DNA from: a virus
Taxonomy: Duplodnaviria; Caudoviricetes
Direction: 5' to 3' (one strand)
Virus record (IMG/VR): IMGVR_UViG_3300034104_001340
Coordinates: 1 to 57,080 of that record
DNA length: 57,080 nt
How positions within the stretch are numbered: position 1 is the first letter of the stretch; every line of letters begins with the position of its first letter. The translations under genes and the position numbers were made by a program. The notes under the pieces were generated by a model. That model searched no databases. It saw only the letters and a list, made by a program, of their open reading frames with translations, and was not told the origin of the DNA. This document shows positions 54,681-57,080 of this stretch, in pieces.

Positions 54681-55553
54681 TTAACCTGTTTTAGCGCCGC
54701 CGCTGGTAACAACGGGTTTCGTGCCGTCGCCGGTACCGCCCAAACCTTTCAGCTTACTAAGCAAGTCCAATATGCCCCCCGCACCACCCATCAACGAGCT
54801 CAACCCGGTAGGTTCTTGGTAGCTGTAAGACTGGGTGGCCAGAGGCAGCCCTTGGAGCAGGGACTGCATGTACTGGACTTGCTTGTAGGGGTAGTCGCGC
54901 TCCTGCTCAAACTGCGTGATATCAGCACCTATGCCTTCGCTCTCAATGCCACGCTGCGTTCCACCTGCACCAAGCTGCGCACCCAATCCTGCAAGCCCAT
55001 ACTGCTGAGCTTGCCCGGTAGCCGCCATGCGACGTGCTTCTTCGGTGTTGAACTGGTTCTGCGCGGCAGTGAACGCATCTTGGTATCCACGGCCCGTGAT
55101 GTCAGCAAGGTTACGGGTCAGGTTCCGATCCATCTCGGACTCCATAATCGCTTGGCGCCCACCACCGTACGCACCTGCACGAGTCATGCGGCCTGCATTG
55201 TTCACACGACTTATCTCTGCCTGCCTACGTGCTTCGGCCATCTGGGGTTCCAGTGCTGCCGTAAGATATGGTGACATGTAGGAAGCTGCAGTGCCCGCCG
55301 TAGTGAAGGAGCCCGGAGTGTACGAGGTCTGCGCCGTAGTAGGCAAAGTAAGCCCTGCCAACCCCGAGAACGCTTGGTTCTGCAGGTTGCTTGCACCCGC
55401 AGTGAGGGGGCCGGAGTATTGCTGGTAAGGCATCTGGGCAAGTGCTTGGCCCTGCCCCAACATTTGGGTTACGTAAGGGCCCGCCCACGACGAAAGGGAA
55501 GACTCCGTGCCGGTTTGATTACCTGCCATGGGGTCTACATAGGGATCAGCCAT
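54681..55553 (-). CDS. Internal virion/DNA-pilot-like protein
   Basis: Gln/Gly/Ala-rich; YMSPY...GAYGGGRQAI; amphipathic C-terminus. Confidence 0.72.
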   Translation of the reverse strand: MADPYVDPMAGNQTGTESSLSSWAGPYVTQMLGQGQALAQMPYQQYSGPLTAGASNLQNQAFSGLAGLTLPTTAQTSYTPGSFTTAGTAASYMSPYLTAALEPQMAEARRQAEISRVNNAGRMTRAGAYGGGRQAIMESEMDRNLTRNLADITGRGYQDAFTAAQNQFNTEEARRMAATGQAQQYGLAGLGAQLGAGGTQRGIESEGIGADITQFEQERDYPYKQVQYMQSLLQGLPLATQSYSYQEPTGLSSLMGGAGGILDLLSKLKGLGGTGDGTKPVVTSGGAKTG

Positions 55554-55561
55554 TACTCACC

Positions 55562-56341
55562 TCACGCGGGGGTATATTTATTGGGGTTTATCTGTCGCCC
55601 TTGCTCCGGGCGTCCGGTGCGTGCTCTGCGCACTCGGTCCATCATGTCATACAGAACTTTAGCCCCAGCTTCGGAGTTACCGTTACCGAGGTGGCTCACA
55701 ATATCTGCAGGCATGACGAATTCACCGTCTGACAATGCAGCTTCCTGTGCGCCGTCGATTCTAGCAGGAACCTTGTCTGCCATGCCATCAGTGGGGCCAC
55801 CGAGGTAGTAACCACGGGACTCGGGCAACGACATCAGGCCACCTTGTGCGGCTTTAACTACGGGCTCGTAAGTAACGTCAGAGAAATAACGGCGTCCACC
55901 AGAACCGGGACGACGGGAAGGCATAGCGGCCTGTGGGGTGTAGGGCTTTTTGTTCTGCGCAGCGTACCCCATCAGCTGATCGAAGCTCGTACCCTGACTC
56001 ATAGCCTTCTGCGCCTCAGCCAACTGGATATCGGGGTTCATACCGTACTGGGTAGCCCAGTCCCGAATCTGCGAGTTTTGCAGGTTAGTGTCCACCATAG
56101 GCAGTGCGGTACGTTTAGCCGTGTACTCCGGGATGCCACCTTGGTAACCACGAGGCTCGTTAGTATTGGCTCCGCCGATACCTATAAACTTTTTAACATC
56201 ATCGTTGCCTAGTAAACCGATAAGCCCAGCAGCCCCAGCGCCAGTACCGAGGATTTTGGACCAGTCAAAAGTGCCGTCTTTGTCTTTCCAGTCGGTGAAG
56301 AAGTCTAAAAAACCGCTACTCAGCTCTTTAATTCCAGCCAT
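55562..56341 (-). CDS. Internal virion protein
   Basis: Start moved to 56341 after GAGG; GPTDGMADKVPA...LSDGEFVMPAD motif. Confidence 0.72.
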   Translation of the reverse strand: MAGIKELSSGFLDFFTDWKDKDGTFDWSKILGTGAGAAGLIGLLGNDDVKKFIGIGGANTNEPRGYQGGIPEYTAKRTALPMVDTNLQNSQIRDWATQYGMNPDIQLAEAQKAMSQGTSFDQLMGYAAQNKKPYTPQAAMPSRRPGSGGRRYFSDVTYEPVVKAAQGGLMSLPESRGYYLGGPTDGMADKVPARIDGAQEAALSDGEFVMPADIVSHLGNGNSEAGAKVLYDMMDRVRRARTGRPEQGRQINPNKYTPA

Positions 56342-56342
56342 A

Positions 56343-57080
56343 TCAACCTCGCAGGAGCTGCATAGCCAGCTCAACAATATCTACTTGCCCACCTTGTGCG
56401 TATCCTACACCACGTAGGTTCTTGATCCTAGCCAAGTTCTTGTCCTCTTCGCTCTCGGGTTCCATCTTTGGTGCAAAGATACTCTCGCCACCGATATCAA
56501 ACAGGTAGTCGATCTCGGCCAGCTCGCCCGGAGTAGTTGTCACGGTGCGGTACTGGGGCTGCATAGAAAGCAGGGCATCGAGGTTGAACCCACCACCCCC
56601 GCCGTTTTCGGGTGGCGGAGGTGGCGGAGGTGGTTGCGTAGTTTTGCATTTCTCCGGGTTGTTCATGGCATACACCGGATCGCTGCAGTTCTCAACCACT
56701 AGACCGCACTTAGCCGGGTTCTGAGCGGCGTAGGCGGGGTTGTCGCAATTCTGAGGCGGAGGTGTAACTATCGGCACGCAATTACCAGCCGCGTCGCGCT
56801 CATAGCCATCTTGGCACCGAGTAACTACCGGTACGCATTTACCACCTGCATTACGAACATACCCCGCGTCGCAAGGCTTAGGCGGCTCAGGGTCCACAAC
56901 TACCGGTACGCATTTACCAGCCGCGTCACGCTCAAAACCCGCGTCGCAAGGCTTAGGCGGCGGAGGTGTACTTAAGCACTCTTCCGGATGTTGAGCTGCA
57001 TAAACTGGATCGCTGCAATCCTGAGGCGGAGGCGGCGGAGGTGTACTTAAGCACTCTTCCGGATGTTGAGCTGCATAAAC
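56343..57080 (-). CDS. Cys/Pro-repeat protein, 3' part only
   Basis: Frame is open to the window edge; repeated two-Cys modules with poly-Pro linkers; ends YAQGGQV...LLRG. Confidence 0.78.
   Translation of the reverse strand, partial: VYAAQHPEECLSTPPPPPPQDCSDPVYAAQHPEECLSTPPPPKPCDAGFERDAAGKCVPVVVDPEPPKPCDAGYVRNAGGKCVPVVTRCQDGYERDAAGNCVPIVTPPPQNCDNPAYAAQNPAKCGLVVENCSDPVYAMNNPEKCKTTQPPPPPPPPENGGGGGFNLDALLSMQPQYRTVTTTPGELAEIDYLFDIGGESIFAPKMEPESEEDKNLARIKNLRGVGYAQGGQVDIVELAMQLLRG

Noticed and set aside
1-57080. tRNA or rRNA genes, IS elements, introns/inteins, alternative genetic code
   Set aside because: None recognised by eye. Core genes are uninterrupted and of normal length under the standard code. 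tRNAscan and HMM searches were not run.

Overview
About 57 kb of a tailed dsDNA bacteriophage (Caudoviricetes, most likely short-tailed), with both ends inside the virion module, so the genome is incomplete or permuted. Three blocks are visible. (1) 1-23.4 kb, minus strand: small and large terminase, portal, GroES-like protein, scaffold, Mu-gpT-like major capsid protein, a run of small basic proteins, head-tail adaptors, several repeat-rich fibres, a sulfotransferase plus DUF2061-like pair, and membrane proteins. (2) 23.8-46.8 kb, plus strand: early genes including a MoxR-like AAA ATPase, a vWA/HExxH protein and a DUF3150-like protein, then VRR-NUC, family A DNA polymerase (Leu762 type), HNH proteins, PD-(D/E)XK exonuclease, SNF2 helicase and a primase-helicase. 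(3) 46.8-57 kb, minus strand: internal virion/ejection-type proteins, including a 2041-aa polyvalent protein. I saw no integrase, reverse transcriptase, tRNA, CRISPR array or endolysin. The most unusual signals are in the DNA itself: ten copies of the palindrome (C)CTAACAWTGTTA(GG) confined to 23.7-32.6 kb, four of them inside ORFs; a mirror-symmetric non-coding locus with IHF-type sites around a central LexA-type box; a G-tract array upstream of the terminase; three candidate structured RNAs; two genes inserted between duplicated gene starts; and a recurring x-x-x-GG-x-(V/I/M) motif shared by many virion proteins. Regulatory motifs point to a Gamma- or Betaproteobacterial host (inference). 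All family assignments come from motif recognition by eye, not database searches.
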